From Candidatus Fervidibacter canadensis (GTDB lineage: Bacteria > Armatimonadota > Fervidibacteria > Fervidibacterales > Fervidibacteraceae), in NCBI GenBank assembly GCA_041446545.1, contig JBGOEJ010000004.1, positions 59,181 to 123,180 of the forward strand: DNA of 64,000 nt. The letters are read 5' to 3'. Shown here piece after piece: positions 53,259-62,439 of the stretch. Under the pieces are notes generated by a model that saw nothing but the letters and a program-made list of their open reading frames with translations, was not told where the DNA came from and searched no databases. A program made the translations under genes and the position numbers. The stretch's first letter is position 1, and each line of letters opens with the position of its first letter.

Positions 53259-54444
53259 CAAAAGGGTCACCACCTTCCACCTTGACGACATTGCGTCGGA
53301 CGACTTCTTTGAAATCGCCGAAAATCATCTTGCCGACGGGCGATTGAAGGACGCTGGTGACTTTAATCTTGACCTCATGCCCCAAGTAATTTCGCCCCCG
53401 CTCCACGACGACCATCGTCCCATCGTCTAAGTAGCCGACACCTTGCCCTGGCTCTTTGCCCGCTCGTTGCAAGACGACGGTCAATTCTTCGCCGGGCAGG
53501 ACGACGGGTTTGAGGGCGGTCGCCAGTTCGTTGACGCAAAGGACAGGCATACCTTGCAGTTCGGCGATTTTTTGCAGGTTGTTATCGTTGGTGACGATGG
53601 CAGCCCCCAATTCCTTTGCCAACCGCACTAATTTCAAATCCGTCGTCGGCGCTGATTCCACTTCAGGGCTGAAAGTGTCGATGACTTCCACGACGGTGTC
53701 GGGCAAACTCTTTAGCGTCTCCAACACCGCCAAGCCTCGTCGTCCTCGTGCCCGCCGCAGTTCATCTTCCGAGTCAGCAATCATTTGCAGTTCGTTTAAC
53801 ACAAACGACGGCACGAGCAAGCGTCCTTCAATGAACCCTGTGCGGACGATGTCGGCGAGGCGTCCGTCAATGATGACGGAAGTGTCCAGCACTTTATCCC
53901 GACTTTTGGGCATTCGGTGGTTAGAAGCGACGGTTTCTTGAGCACCCCGAAGCATTTGGGCAATTTGAGGGAAGGACAGGGAAATCGCATCCCGCACCCT
54001 CAGCAAAGTGTGGACGGCGAAGTAGACGATGACCAAAGTGATCGCTAAAGTCAAAGCCAACAAGGGCAAGGGAGGGACTCGTCCCCACACCAACATCATC
54101 GGCACCAGCAAGACCAAATACGCCAGCGCCAATCCCAACATCGCCCCAAAGAGCGCCGCGATTTTGTCTACGGGAGAGAGGGCTTCCAAAGTTTCCCAAA
54201 GCGACCAAAGGCGTTGGGTGAACCAACTGCCCAAAAGGAATGCCGTCAAAACGCCAATCATCACAAAGCCCAAGTCCACCAAAAATTGCTGCTGGGCGGA
54301 AAGTTTGCCTTGAAAGTAAAGGCGCTGAAGGGTCTGGGTGTAATAGTTCGCCGCCACGCTCCCCAGCCAACCCAAGGCAAAGGCTAAAGCGGTCGTGGTG
54401 GTGACGAAAAAGAGGCGATAACCCCATTGCTGCCAGTTGTTCAT
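53212..54444 (-). CDS. PIN + TRAM domain membrane protein (YacL-like)
   Basis: N-terminal TM helices, VLDTSVIIDGR PIN motif, C-terminal TRAM (G.EVKIKVTSVLQSPVGKMIFG). Confidence 0.8.
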   Translation of the reverse strand: MNNWQQWGYRLFFVTTTTALAFALGWLGSVAANYYTQTLQRLYFQGKLSAQQQFLVDLGFVMIGVLTAFLLGSWFTQRLWSLWETLEALSPVDKIAALFGAMLGLALAYLVLLVPMMLVWGRVPPLPLLALTLAITLVIVYFAVHTLLRVRDAISLSFPQIAQMLRGAQETVASNHRMPKSRDKVLDTSVIIDGRLADIVRTGFIEGRLLVPSFVLNELQMIADSEDELRRARGRRGLAVLETLKSLPDTVVEVIDTFSPEVESAPTTDLKLVRLAKELGAAIVTNDNNLQKIAELQGMPVLCVNELATALKPVVLPGEELTVVLQRAGKEPGQGVGYLDDGTMVVVERGRNYLGHEVKIKVTSVLQSPVGKMIFGDFKEVVRRNVVKVEGGDPFDDDFGSPRRRSGQKA

Positions 54445-54467
54445 CGCCGTCTAAACCCTCCTTCGGC

Positions 54468-55838
54468 TTATTTTGTCGGACGGATGAGCCCCAATCGTTG
54501 GACGGCTTCAGCAAGGGTGCTGACGACCTGCCACAAAGGTTGATGACCGCTTGTCCGTCGCTTCGGTTCAGGCGGTCCAAGGCATTGAGCAAACCCCAAC
54601 CGTTTTGCCTCCCGCACCCGCACCTCCCCTTGAGGAACAGGACGAACCTCCCCTGTCAACCCCAGTTCCCCAAACGCCACGACATTAGAAGGGATAGGCA
54701 CATCCAAGCGACTGGACAGCAATGCCAAAGCGACGGGCAAATCAGCGGCTGGTTCGGTCACCCGCAGCCCCCCCACGATGTTGACGAACACATCACGGTC
54801 GCTAAACCGCACCCGCAAATGGCGTTCTAAGAGAGCGAGCACCATCAACACCCGTCCTATCTCTAACCCTGTCACGACCCGCCGAGGCATCCCGAAAGGG
54901 TTTGGAGCGACTAAGGCTTGCACCTCCACAAGCAACGGGCGGTGTCCTTCCATCAAAGCCGCCACGACCGTTCCCGTCGCCGGTTGCGGGCGCTCGGACA
55001 GCAACCATTCTGATGGGTTGGGCACCTCCTCTAAGCCCTTCTCGTTGAGCCGAAAGACTCCGACCTCCCCCGTCGGACCGAAGCGATTTTTGGTCGCCCG
55101 CACCAATCGCAGGGCATAACCTGCTTCCCCCTCCAGATACAGCACGGCGTCCACCATGTGCTCCAGCACTTTCGGTCCCGCTAAAAACCCTTCTTTGGTC
55201 ACATGTCCGACGAGCACCAGCACCGTTCCCGTGCGTTTGGCGATGCGCAGCAAATGAGCGGCACTCTCCCGCACTTGACTAACGCTGCCAGGCGAAGAAG
55301 TGAGCAGCGGATGATAGGCGGCTTGGATGGAATCCACGACGGCAAGGGTCGGTCGGCTCGTTTCAATGGCTGCCCCAATTGCCGTAACATCCGTCTCCGC
55401 CAAAACAAGTAAGCCCTCGTCTTCTACGCCTAACCGCTCCACCCGTAAAGCGATTTGCTCTAACGACTCTTCGCCCGTGACATAAAGCGTCTTCTGCCCA
55501 CCTTGTGCCATCTGCCCTGCCACTTGCAAAAGGAGCGTGGATTTTCCGATGCCCGGTTCACCGCTGAGGATGCTGACGCTGCCAGGAACAAAGCCCCCAC
55601 CCAAAACCCGATCCAGTTCGCCGAAGCCTGAAGGGAGGCGTTGAAGAGGTCGGCGGCGCAACTGAGGGGCTGGGACAGGGCTTACCCCTTCCTTGCGCAA
55701 GGTGCGCTCAGGGACGGCTTCCTCCGCCAACTCTTCTACGAGGGTGTTGAACGCCCCGCAGTTGGGACATCGCCCTAACCATTGAGCACTTTCGTAGCCA
55801 CATTCTTGGCAGACAAATTTGCTGCGTCGTTTGGGCAT
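54468..55838 (-). CDS. radA: DNA repair protein RadA/Sms
   Basis: CQECGYESAQWLGRCPNCGAFN zinc finger, GEPGIGKST Walker A, KNRFGPTGE, Lon-like C-terminal domain. Confidence 0.95.
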   Translation of the reverse strand: MPKRRSKFVCQECGYESAQWLGRCPNCGAFNTLVEELAEEAVPERTLRKEGVSPVPAPQLRRRPLQRLPSGFGELDRVLGGGFVPGSVSILSGEPGIGKSTLLLQVAGQMAQGGQKTLYVTGEESLEQIALRVERLGVEDEGLLVLAETDVTAIGAAIETSRPTLAVVDSIQAAYHPLLTSSPGSVSQVRESAAHLLRIAKRTGTVLVLVGHVTKEGFLAGPKVLEHMVDAVLYLEGEAGYALRLVRATKNRFGPTGEVGVFRLNEKGLEEVPNPSEWLLSERPQPATGTVVAALMEGHRPLLVEVQALVAPNPFGMPRRVVTGLEIGRVLMVLALLERHLRVRFSDRDVFVNIVGGLRVTEPAADLPVALALLSSRLDVPIPSNVVAFGELGLTGEVRPVPQGEVRVREAKRLGFAQCLGPPEPKRRTSGHQPLWQVVSTLAEAVQRLGLIRPTK

Positions 55839-55882
55839 AGCAACTCGCCACCTGTCGGGAGAAAAACAACCTTCCCAACATC

Positions 55883-55912
55883 GTCACAAATCGCTGGCTG
55901 TGGCTGTATAAT
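55883..55912 (+). promoter_or_regulatory. Candidate promoter for cpaA-cpaB-cpaC-cpaE
   Basis: -35-like GTCACA (55883-55888), 18-nt spacer, perfect -10 TATAAT (55907-55912). Confidence 0.3.
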
Positions 55913-55990
55913 TATGCGCACCAGCAGCCGAATTTTGAGGTTTAGGGGGAAGGCAGGGTGCCGCTGGCAAATAGGAGGTGGGGGGTGCCG

Positions 55991-56566
55991 ATGGCTTTGG
56001 CAGATGCTTTGATTATCGCCCTGTCCTTGACAACGATGGTGACGGACAGCCGATGGCGACGCATCCCGAATTGGCTGACCTTCCCGGCGATGGGCTTGGG
56101 GCTGTTCATCAACGCCTTAGAGGGTGGATGGGACGGGCTTTGGCGCGGGATAGGAGGGCTATTTTTAGCGCTGTCGTTTACCATCCCCCTTTTCGCCCTT
56201 GGCTTCGTCAAGGCGGGAGATGTCAAGTTGATCGCCGCTTTTGGCTCAATAAAAGGCATTGGGGCACCGCCTACCCAATCCTTCGCCCTTTGGGCATTTC
56301 TTTACGGCGCTCTCGTCGGTGGGCTGTGGGCGTTAGCGACCTTAGTCCAAGCCCGCTCGTTGGGAGTGGCATGGGCGCGGATGCGAGGGATGCTGACCTC
56401 CTTCGTTGTCGGGGGAACGCCTCGCATGCCCGCCGTCTCGGAAGGTAACGAAGAAAATGCCTTGCGTCAGCCCATGCCCTATGGTGTCGCTTTAAGTTTG
56501 GGGGCATTGATGGCGCTGGCTTGTGAGTGGTTTTGGGGACAACCCTTCCCACTCTTAGGTGGCTGA
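55991..56566 (+). CDS. cpaA: A24-family prepilin peptidase, CpaA type (no methyltransferase domain)
   Basis: TDSRWRRIPNWLT (first catalytic Asp region) and GDVKLIAAFG (second Asp). SD GGAGGTG precedes ATG 55991. Confidence 0.75.
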   Translation: MALADALIIALSLTTMVTDSRWRRIPNWLTFPAMGLGLFINALEGGWDGLWRGIGGLFLALSFTIPLFALGFVKAGDVKLIAAFGSIKGIGAPPTQSFALWAFLYGALVGGLWALATLVQARSLGVAWARMRGMLTSFVVGGTPRMPAVSEGNEENALRQPMPYGVALSLGALMALACEWFWGQPFPLLGG

Positions 56567-56585
56567 CAACTCAGGTGACGAGGCA

Positions 56586-57575
56586 ATGCGAAGGAGGCTT
56601 CGCTACTTTCGGCTCTCGCTTTTGATGACCGTTTTGGTCATTGTCCTTGGGGCGGTTTATTGGGCAACAAGAAGGAGCCCGAGCCAAGGTGCTCAAAGCC
56701 CTAAGGATGCTCCGATTGCCCAGCGTTATCGGGTCGTTGTCGCTACGACAGACCTTCCGCCCTTTACCCTCCTCAGCCCTGAGATGGTGCAGGTGCGAGA
56801 GAGCGAGACGCCGCCGCCTCCAAACACTTTCACCTCGCCGCAGGAAGTTGCCCAACGGCTCACCCGCACTTTAATCCGAGCGGGAGAACCCATTTTTGCC
56901 CATCAAGTGACACCACCTCTTTCCGCTGGCACGGTTGCTCCGATGTTGCCCGTTGGCATGGTCGGTGTTGCCATCCCCCTTAACCGTCGGGAGCAATTGC
57001 CACCGGTGCGGGTCGGCGACCTCGTGCGCATTTACGCCGTTTTCTCCCGCCAGAAAGTGAAGCCAGTGGCGATGCGGGCGATCGTTTTGATGGGTGGGGC
57101 TGCCAGTGCGGCGCCATCCAGCCAGCAGGCGGGTCAATCCACGCCCCAAGGAGCGCCCCCAGAGAGCCCGCCTGTGTTGCTTGTTGCCGTCACCCCTGAG
57201 GAAGCCAAAGCCATCGCTTTGGCGATAGATAGCGGGGCGACCCTTTACTACGCCGTCCTTCCGCCCCCACCCTTTTCGCCTCAGTGGGAGCGCCCCCTCA
57301 CTTTGGACGAATTGGTCGGACCACTCCCGAACAAACCGCCTGCCAATCCTTCCCCGTCGCCATCCCGCCCTGCTGCCTCGCCCTCGCCGCCGAGGGGGCA
57401 ATCTTCTGCTCCCCCACCTATCCCCCTAAGATTGCCGCCGTTGAGCCCTCAGGATAATCGGAAAGCGCCTGAACCGAAGCCTAAAAGCCCTTCGCCGCCT
57501 TCCATCTTCGGGATTGTCGGTGACCGCCCTGTTGTTTTGAGCGTGCCAGTGGCGGAAGAGGTGAAGAGGCAGTGA
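56586..57575 (+). CDS. cpaB: CpaB/RcpC-like Flp pilus assembly protein with Pro-rich C-terminal extension
   Basis: N-terminal TM anchor. SAF-like RYRVVVATTDLPPFTLLSPEMVQVRE. Positioned between cpaA and the secretin. Confidence 0.7.
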   Translation: MRRRLRYFRLSLLMTVLVIVLGAVYWATRRSPSQGAQSPKDAPIAQRYRVVVATTDLPPFTLLSPEMVQVRESETPPPPNTFTSPQEVAQRLTRTLIRAGEPIFAHQVTPPLSAGTVAPMLPVGMVGVAIPLNRREQLPPVRVGDLVRIYAVFSRQKVKPVAMRAIVLMGGAASAAPSSQQAGQSTPQGAPPESPPVLLVAVTPEEAKAIALAIDSGATLYYAVLPPPPFSPQWERPLTLDELVGPLPNKPPANPSPSPSRPAASPSPPRGQSSAPPPIPLRLPPLSPQDNRKAPEPKPKSPSPPSIFGIVGDRPVVLSVPVAEEVKRQ

Positions 57576-59311
57576 AGCGATGGTCGGGTGTTTGGTGGAG
57601 TTGGATGGCGACTTTGTTTTTCGGCGTTGCTTTGAACCCGTCGGCTGCCCTTTCTGAAGGGGCAAGGGAGCGGGTCATAGACGCTCAAATCAGCCCCATC
57701 GTTCTGCTGCAACCAGAAATGCCGACCCGTTTGATTTTGCGCCGGGGCATCAGTGCGGTGCTGTTGACCAAAGGGAAAGTTAGCCGTTTCGTTTTGGGCG
57801 ACCCGCAAATTGTTGCCCTCAATGTCTTGACGGAACGGGAACTGGTCGTGAACGCCAAAAGCGAAGGGACGACGAATTTGCTCGTTTGGGAGGAGCGGGC
57901 GGGACAAACTTTTGTCTCCACTCTTTGGCTGGAAGTCGTCCCCTTCAAAAAAGAAGAGCCGCCTTCTCCCCCGAAACCGCCTGACCCGTCCCGATTGCAA
58001 GCCTTCCTCGCCCAAGCCCTGAAAGGCTTGCCCATTGAACCCCTCGTTTTCGTCCTCCCCGATGGCACGGTCGTCGCTGTCTTACGGGGTGAAGTGGCGA
58101 CCCCTGAAGAAGCCAAGGCAGCGCAAGAGTTAGCCAGTTTGGTCGCCACAAAGGTCATCAATTTGCTGAAGGTTCGGACAGCCCCAACGATTTCCCTTGC
58201 CCCTGAGGAACTGAAAGCGATCCGCATAGAGACGGCGATCGGCATCCCCAGCGTGCGCGTGGTTGTCGTGGACGACAAAATCGTCCTGCATGGGACGGTC
58301 AACAGTTTGATGGAGCGGCAGACAGCGGAAGAGCGGGCGAAACCTTTTGGCACCGTCATCAACCGTTTGGAAGTCGCCCAGCCCAAAATCCGTCAGTTCG
58401 TGACCGAAGTGAAAGTGTTGGAGGTTTCCCGAACCGCCTTGCAGCGGTTGGGCATTACCCTCGGCTCAGTCATCGGCGCAGGAGTTGCCCAACCAGGTCA
58501 ACCGCAGGCGGGCATCTTTTCTGTCCGACCTGGACAAGCCATCTTCGGCGAACCGGGGACTCCCGACCGACCCATCGCACGGGTAACCCCTCTTGGGGCG
58601 CAGTTGGATGCCTTGATCCAAAGCGGATTGGCTCGGCTATTGGCAAACCCGCAACAACGCACCCTTGAAGGGGCAGATGCCACTTTCCTCGTCGGCGGTT
58701 TAGTGCCCATTCCTGTCTTCGGGTTCTTCGGCGCGGGGGCGGGAGCGGCAGCGCCCGGTGCGGCGACCGTCGTCTTCTTCCCCTTTGGCATCACTTTGAC
58801 CCTTCATCCTGAAGCGACCTGGCAGGGCGAAATTTTCCTGCAAATGCGGGTGGAGGTGACCTCCCCCGATTTCGGTTTAGCCGTCCAAGTCTTGGGCACG
58901 ACAGTGCCTGGCTTTCGCTTTCGCGGGCTGGACGATGTTCGGTTGTTGCTGAAGGACGGCGACACCATCGTCATCTCTGGGCTTATTCAGGACGAACTGC
59001 GCGAGCAAGTCAACCGTGTCCCCTTGCTCTCTCGAATCCCCATCTTGGGCGAATTGTTCAAAAGCCGCGAGTTTGTCCGACAGCAAACGGAGTTAGTCTT
59101 GCTCGTCACCGTCCGAATGGAAGAAGTTACCGTCAGCCCTGATGCCTTACAATTGCTGCGGACATATCAACGCCGTCCCGTTTTGCCCCGTCCCTCTTTT
59201 GTCGTCCCATTAGGGGGCGCTGGGGGCGGCTTAGGTGGCATCGGCGGTGGCTTGGGGGGCGTCGGTGCGACAGGTGGCGCTCTCGGTGGAATGCCGACCC
59301 TCGCACCCTAA
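57572..59311 (+). CDS. cpaC: CpaC/RcpA-type secretin
   Basis: Signal peptide; BON-like domain. Secretin core LLANPQQRTLEGADATFLVGG...VPGFRFRGLDDVRLLLKDGDTIVISGLI...VPLLSRIPILGELFKS. GTG start overlaps the cpaB stop. Confidence 0.85.
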   Translation: MKRWSGVWWSWMATLFFGVALNPSAALSEGARERVIDAQISPIVLLQPEMPTRLILRRGISAVLLTKGKVSRFVLGDPQIVALNVLTERELVVNAKSEGTTNLLVWEERAGQTFVSTLWLEVVPFKKEEPPSPPKPPDPSRLQAFLAQALKGLPIEPLVFVLPDGTVVAVLRGEVATPEEAKAAQELASLVATKVINLLKVRTAPTISLAPEELKAIRIETAIGIPSVRVVVVDDKIVLHGTVNSLMERQTAEERAKPFGTVINRLEVAQPKIRQFVTEVKVLEVSRTALQRLGITLGSVIGAGVAQPGQPQAGIFSVRPGQAIFGEPGTPDRPIARVTPLGAQLDALIQSGLARLLANPQQRTLEGADATFLVGGLVPIPVFGFFGAGAGAAAPGAATVVFFPFGITLTLHPEATWQGEIFLQMRVEVTSPDFGLAVQVLGTTVPGFRFRGLDDVRLLLKDGDTIVISGLIQDELREQVNRVPLLSRIPILGELFKSREFVRQQTELVLLVTVRMEEVTVSPDALQLLRTYQRRPVLPRPSFVVPLGGAGGGLGGIGGGLGGVGATGGALGGMPTLAP

Positions 59312-59363
59312 GGAAGCCCGCAAAGGTGCTCAACGGACAGCGACCTTTACGGAGGGATGCGCC

Positions 59364-60575
59364 ATGCCCGCCCGAGTCGTCCTTGCCATCCATCATGAGC
59401 AAGAACAATTAGCCGTCGCTCCTATCTTGACAAAAATGCCCGGCATAGACCTCGTTGCCACCGTCACCAGCCCAGGGGAATTGGAGCAACTGATCGCCCA
59501 GCAACTGCCTGACTTGGTCATCCTTTCCAGCGAATTGGCGGGAGGGGCAACGGCGGGATTGATTGAACGCCTTGTCGCCCGCTATCGCCTTGCTGTCCTC
59601 GTCCTTTTGCCCGCCGAAGACTTGCGCACTGCCCGCCGTTTCCTGAAAGCGGGCGCTGCCGATGTGCTTCCTTTGTCTTCCGTCGCCGACGAACTTCCCG
59701 AATTGATCCAGACGGTTTTACGGCAGGGGGCACCCGCTTTGCGTTCTCCTTTGCAAGTCGGGCGCATCATCGTCTTTTACGGGACGAAAGGCGGCGTCGG
59801 CACCTCGCTATTGGCGACCAATGTCGCTGTCGCCCTTGCCCGCTACCTCCCTCCCGAATCGGTTTGCCTTGTGGATTTGGACTTGCAGTTTGGGGCGACA
59901 CCGATGTTGTTGAACTTGCAACCCAAGATGAACCTTGCCACCCTCGCTCAACGCTTTCAGGGCGAACTGGACTTTGAGATGCTCCGCTCCTTTTTGCTCT
60001 TACACAGCGAGAGCAACTTGCGGGTCTTGGCGGCTCCTTCCCGACCCGAATTGGCGGAACTGGTGACGACCTACTTGATAGAGCGCGTCCTTCAAGTCCT
60101 CAAAAACCATTTCGCCTTCATTATCGTGGACACACCCAACCTGCTCCAAGACACCACCCTCGCCGCCTTGGATGCTGCCGATCACATCCTCATCGTCACT
60201 GCCTTGGATTTGCTCGCCATCCGCAACGCCGAAATTGTCCTGACGATGTTCCAGAAACTCTACCCTGCCGAACGCCTCCGCCTCGTCCTCAACCGTTCCA
60301 ACACTCGTTTCGGTGGCTTGACACCAGAGCAAGTGGAAGAGCATTTGCGGATGACCATCGCTGCCCGCATCCCTTCCGATGGGCAACTGGCGGTGACCTC
60401 CATCAACGAAGGCGTTCCCTTCGTCCTTCAAGCCCCCGATGCCCCTATCTCCCAAGCCATCTTTCAACTTGCTTCCCTCATCGCAGGACAACCCATCGGT
60501 CTAAGGGAAACAGCGGAAACAACCGGCGGCAGCCTTTTCCGCCGCCTCGTCGGTTATCTGCTGGGAGAAGAGTGA
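59364..60575 (+). CDS. cpaE: CpaE/TadZ-like pilus-localisation ATPase (pseudo-receiver + ParA/MinD domain)
   Basis: The receiver-like N-domain lacks the acidic pocket and acceptor Asp (VLAIHHE, LVILSSEL). Deviant Walker A YGTKGGVGTS. SD GGAGGGA precedes ATG 59364. Confidence 0.8.
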   Translation: MPARVVLAIHHEQEQLAVAPILTKMPGIDLVATVTSPGELEQLIAQQLPDLVILSSELAGGATAGLIERLVARYRLAVLVLLPAEDLRTARRFLKAGAADVLPLSSVADELPELIQTVLRQGAPALRSPLQVGRIIVFYGTKGGVGTSLLATNVAVALARYLPPESVCLVDLDLQFGATPMLLNLQPKMNLATLAQRFQGELDFEMLRSFLLLHSESNLRVLAAPSRPELAELVTTYLIERVLQVLKNHFAFIIVDTPNLLQDTTLAALDAADHILIVTALDLLAIRNAEIVLTMFQKLYPAERLRLVLNRSNTRFGGLTPEQVEEHLRMTIAARIPSDGQLAVTSINEGVPFVLQAPDAPISQAIFQLASLIAGQPIGLRETAETTGGSLFRRLVGYLLGEE

Positions 60576-60647
60576 CGGAGAAGGCGAAAAACTTGTTGGG
60601 GCGGCTATCAACCGCGACAAAAATAGCCAATCGGAGTGAACGGACGA

Positions 60648-62069
60648 ATGGCAGTTCGGTGCCAGAAAGCGGCGTGGGCGCTTCTAATCATCGCTTACCT
60701 GACCTTCACCTGCCTCTACAATGCCCTCATCCCTCTGGGCTACGGTCCCGACGAAGCCCACCATTACGGCTACATCCAACACCTCGTTTTGTATCGCTCG
60801 TTGCCTGTCCTCGGTCCGCAAGAGCATCCCATCCTTTGCCATCGCGACCCACGACCGCCGATGGCAATTGGCATCCATCCACCTCTTTACTACGCCTTGC
60901 TTGCTCCGATTTACGCCTTCGTCGCAGGACGCCGCATTGACTACCCCGCCGAAGCGGCGAGGAAAACGCCCTTTCCGTTGCTGGGACGCTTGCGCAGTGA
61001 GTTGGTGCAACGGTTGTTGCGAGGCACTTCAGCGGTCATGGGTTTGCTGACTTTGCTTTGCCTTTCCCGCCTCGTTGCCTTGCTAACGGAGGATGGGTGG
61101 CGGCAATTTGCCGTCGTGGGTTTTGTCGCTTTGCTGCCTCATTTCCTCATGCTCGGCGCCGTCATGAACAATGACAACCTCGCCGTCTTGACAGGGACTT
61201 TGTTTTTGCTGTTGCTCGTTCGGCAAATCGTCCGCCCCTTGGAACCGTTGCGGGAAGCGATGCAATTGGGTTGCATCGGTGGGGCAATGTTGTTGAGTAA
61301 GGCGTCGCTTTTGGCGTGGCTACCACTGCTTTTCTTTGGCGCATGGCAATCGTCACGCCGCCTGCCGACCACGAGGCGTTGGCGGGCATGGCTTTTTGCT
61401 CTTGCCCTTCCCGCTTTGCTTTCGGGTTGGTGGTATGTTCGCTTCTACCTGCTTTACGGACGCATCATGCCCATCGTCCAGTGGACTTATGAACCGCAAA
61501 TGCTTTTTCTCTCACCGACCGAATTGTTCACGCAGCCTGAGAAATGGTGGCTGATTTGGCGCTTCCTTTCCGGGTCGCACCGAAGCCTTTGGGGGCAAGT
61601 GGACTGGTTTCTCCTCAAACCCGAACATGTCGCCCTGTGGCATCAAAAATTCGGCAGCGATTTCGCCGCTGCCTACCCGATTTCCGAACCGCTTTATGCC
61701 CTCCTTGTCCTCTTGACCGTTGCGATGGTCGTGGGTTGGTTTGTTCGGCTCAGACGATGGTGGCGGGAGCGGCAAACGACAACAAGGCACATCGCCCTTT
61801 TGACCCTTGCTGGCGCTTTCGCTTTGCTCTATGGGGCGCTGATGCATTACACCCTTTTCACGCACCCTGGCGGTTACGAAGGAGGGCGTTACTTGCTTCC
61901 TGCCATCGGGGCTTTTAGCGTCCTGTTTTGGTGGGGCATTGAAGGCTGCGTGCCAACCCGTTGGCATCGTCCCATCATCGTCGCCGTCCTTTTACTGCTG
62001 GTCGCCCTCAATGTTTGCTGCGCTATCAACTTGCATGCCTTTTTGAACCCTCTCTATGCGCCCCGATGA
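60648..62069 (+). CDS. Polytopic membrane protein, GT-C-like (ArnT/PMT/DUF2142-type) putative glycosyltransferase
   Basis: About 11 TM segments. First-loop motif GYGPDEAHHYGY resembles GT-C/DUF2142 proteins. By-eye call only. Confidence 0.5.
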   Translation: MAVRCQKAAWALLIIAYLTFTCLYNALIPLGYGPDEAHHYGYIQHLVLYRSLPVLGPQEHPILCHRDPRPPMAIGIHPPLYYALLAPIYAFVAGRRIDYPAEAARKTPFPLLGRLRSELVQRLLRGTSAVMGLLTLLCLSRLVALLTEDGWRQFAVVGFVALLPHFLMLGAVMNNDNLAVLTGTLFLLLLVRQIVRPLEPLREAMQLGCIGGAMLLSKASLLAWLPLLFFGAWQSSRRLPTTRRWRAWLFALALPALLSGWWYVRFYLLYGRIMPIVQWTYEPQMLFLSPTELFTQPEKWWLIWRFLSGSHRSLWGQVDWFLLKPEHVALWHQKFGSDFAAAYPISEPLYALLVLLTVAMVVGWFVRLRRWWRERQTTTRHIALLTLAGAFALLYGALMHYTLFTHPGGYEGGRYLLPAIGAFSVLFWWGIEGCVPTRWHRPIIVAVLLLLVALNVCCAINLHAFLNPLYAPR

Positions 62070-62079
62070 CCATGGGTCC

Positions 62080-62439
62080 TCAAATCGGGCGGGACGCCAG
62101 TTGTTTCAGCGACGCAAGGAAGGGTTCAAAGGATGGGCGTGTCTCGGCAGGAAAGCGTTCCAAAAATTCCAACAGCGTCATCGCGATAGCCGCACTGAGC
62201 AACCCAACGCCGTCGGCACCCTTGACGGAAATGCTGACCGCCTCTTCCGTGTCGGCTTCCTGAACGGCGATGACGATTTGCGTTTCACCCCGTTGCCAAA
62301 CGCTTGCCTCAACGCCCGCGACTTCGCCCGCACGCACTTGCTCTTGGAAACCTCGTTCCTTCAGCAACCGTTCCATCACTGCGATGAAAGTGTCGGCAAG
62401 CCCTGTCGGCAAAGAGATGCGAAAAGTTTGCTCATCCAT
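62080..62439 (-). CDS. Hypothetical acidic protein (119 aa), co-transcribed with the antiporter
   Basis: ATG overlaps the antiporter stop by 8 nt. No motif recognised. Confidence 0.4.
   Translation of the reverse strand: MDEQTFRISLPTGLADTFIAVMERLLKERGFQEQVRAGEVAGVEASVWQRGETQIVIAVQEADTEEAVSISVKGADGVGLLSAAIAMTLLEFLERFPAETRPSFEPFLASLKQLASRPI

Noticed and set aside
48891-56000. Looked for a short Flp/TadE-type prepilin ORF in the intergenic gaps around the Tad genes (48891-49023, 49825-50046, 55839-55990, 60576-60647)
   Set aside because: No SD-led short ORF with a hydrophobic G/xxxxEY-type N-terminus was found by eye. This cannot be excluded without an HMM scan.
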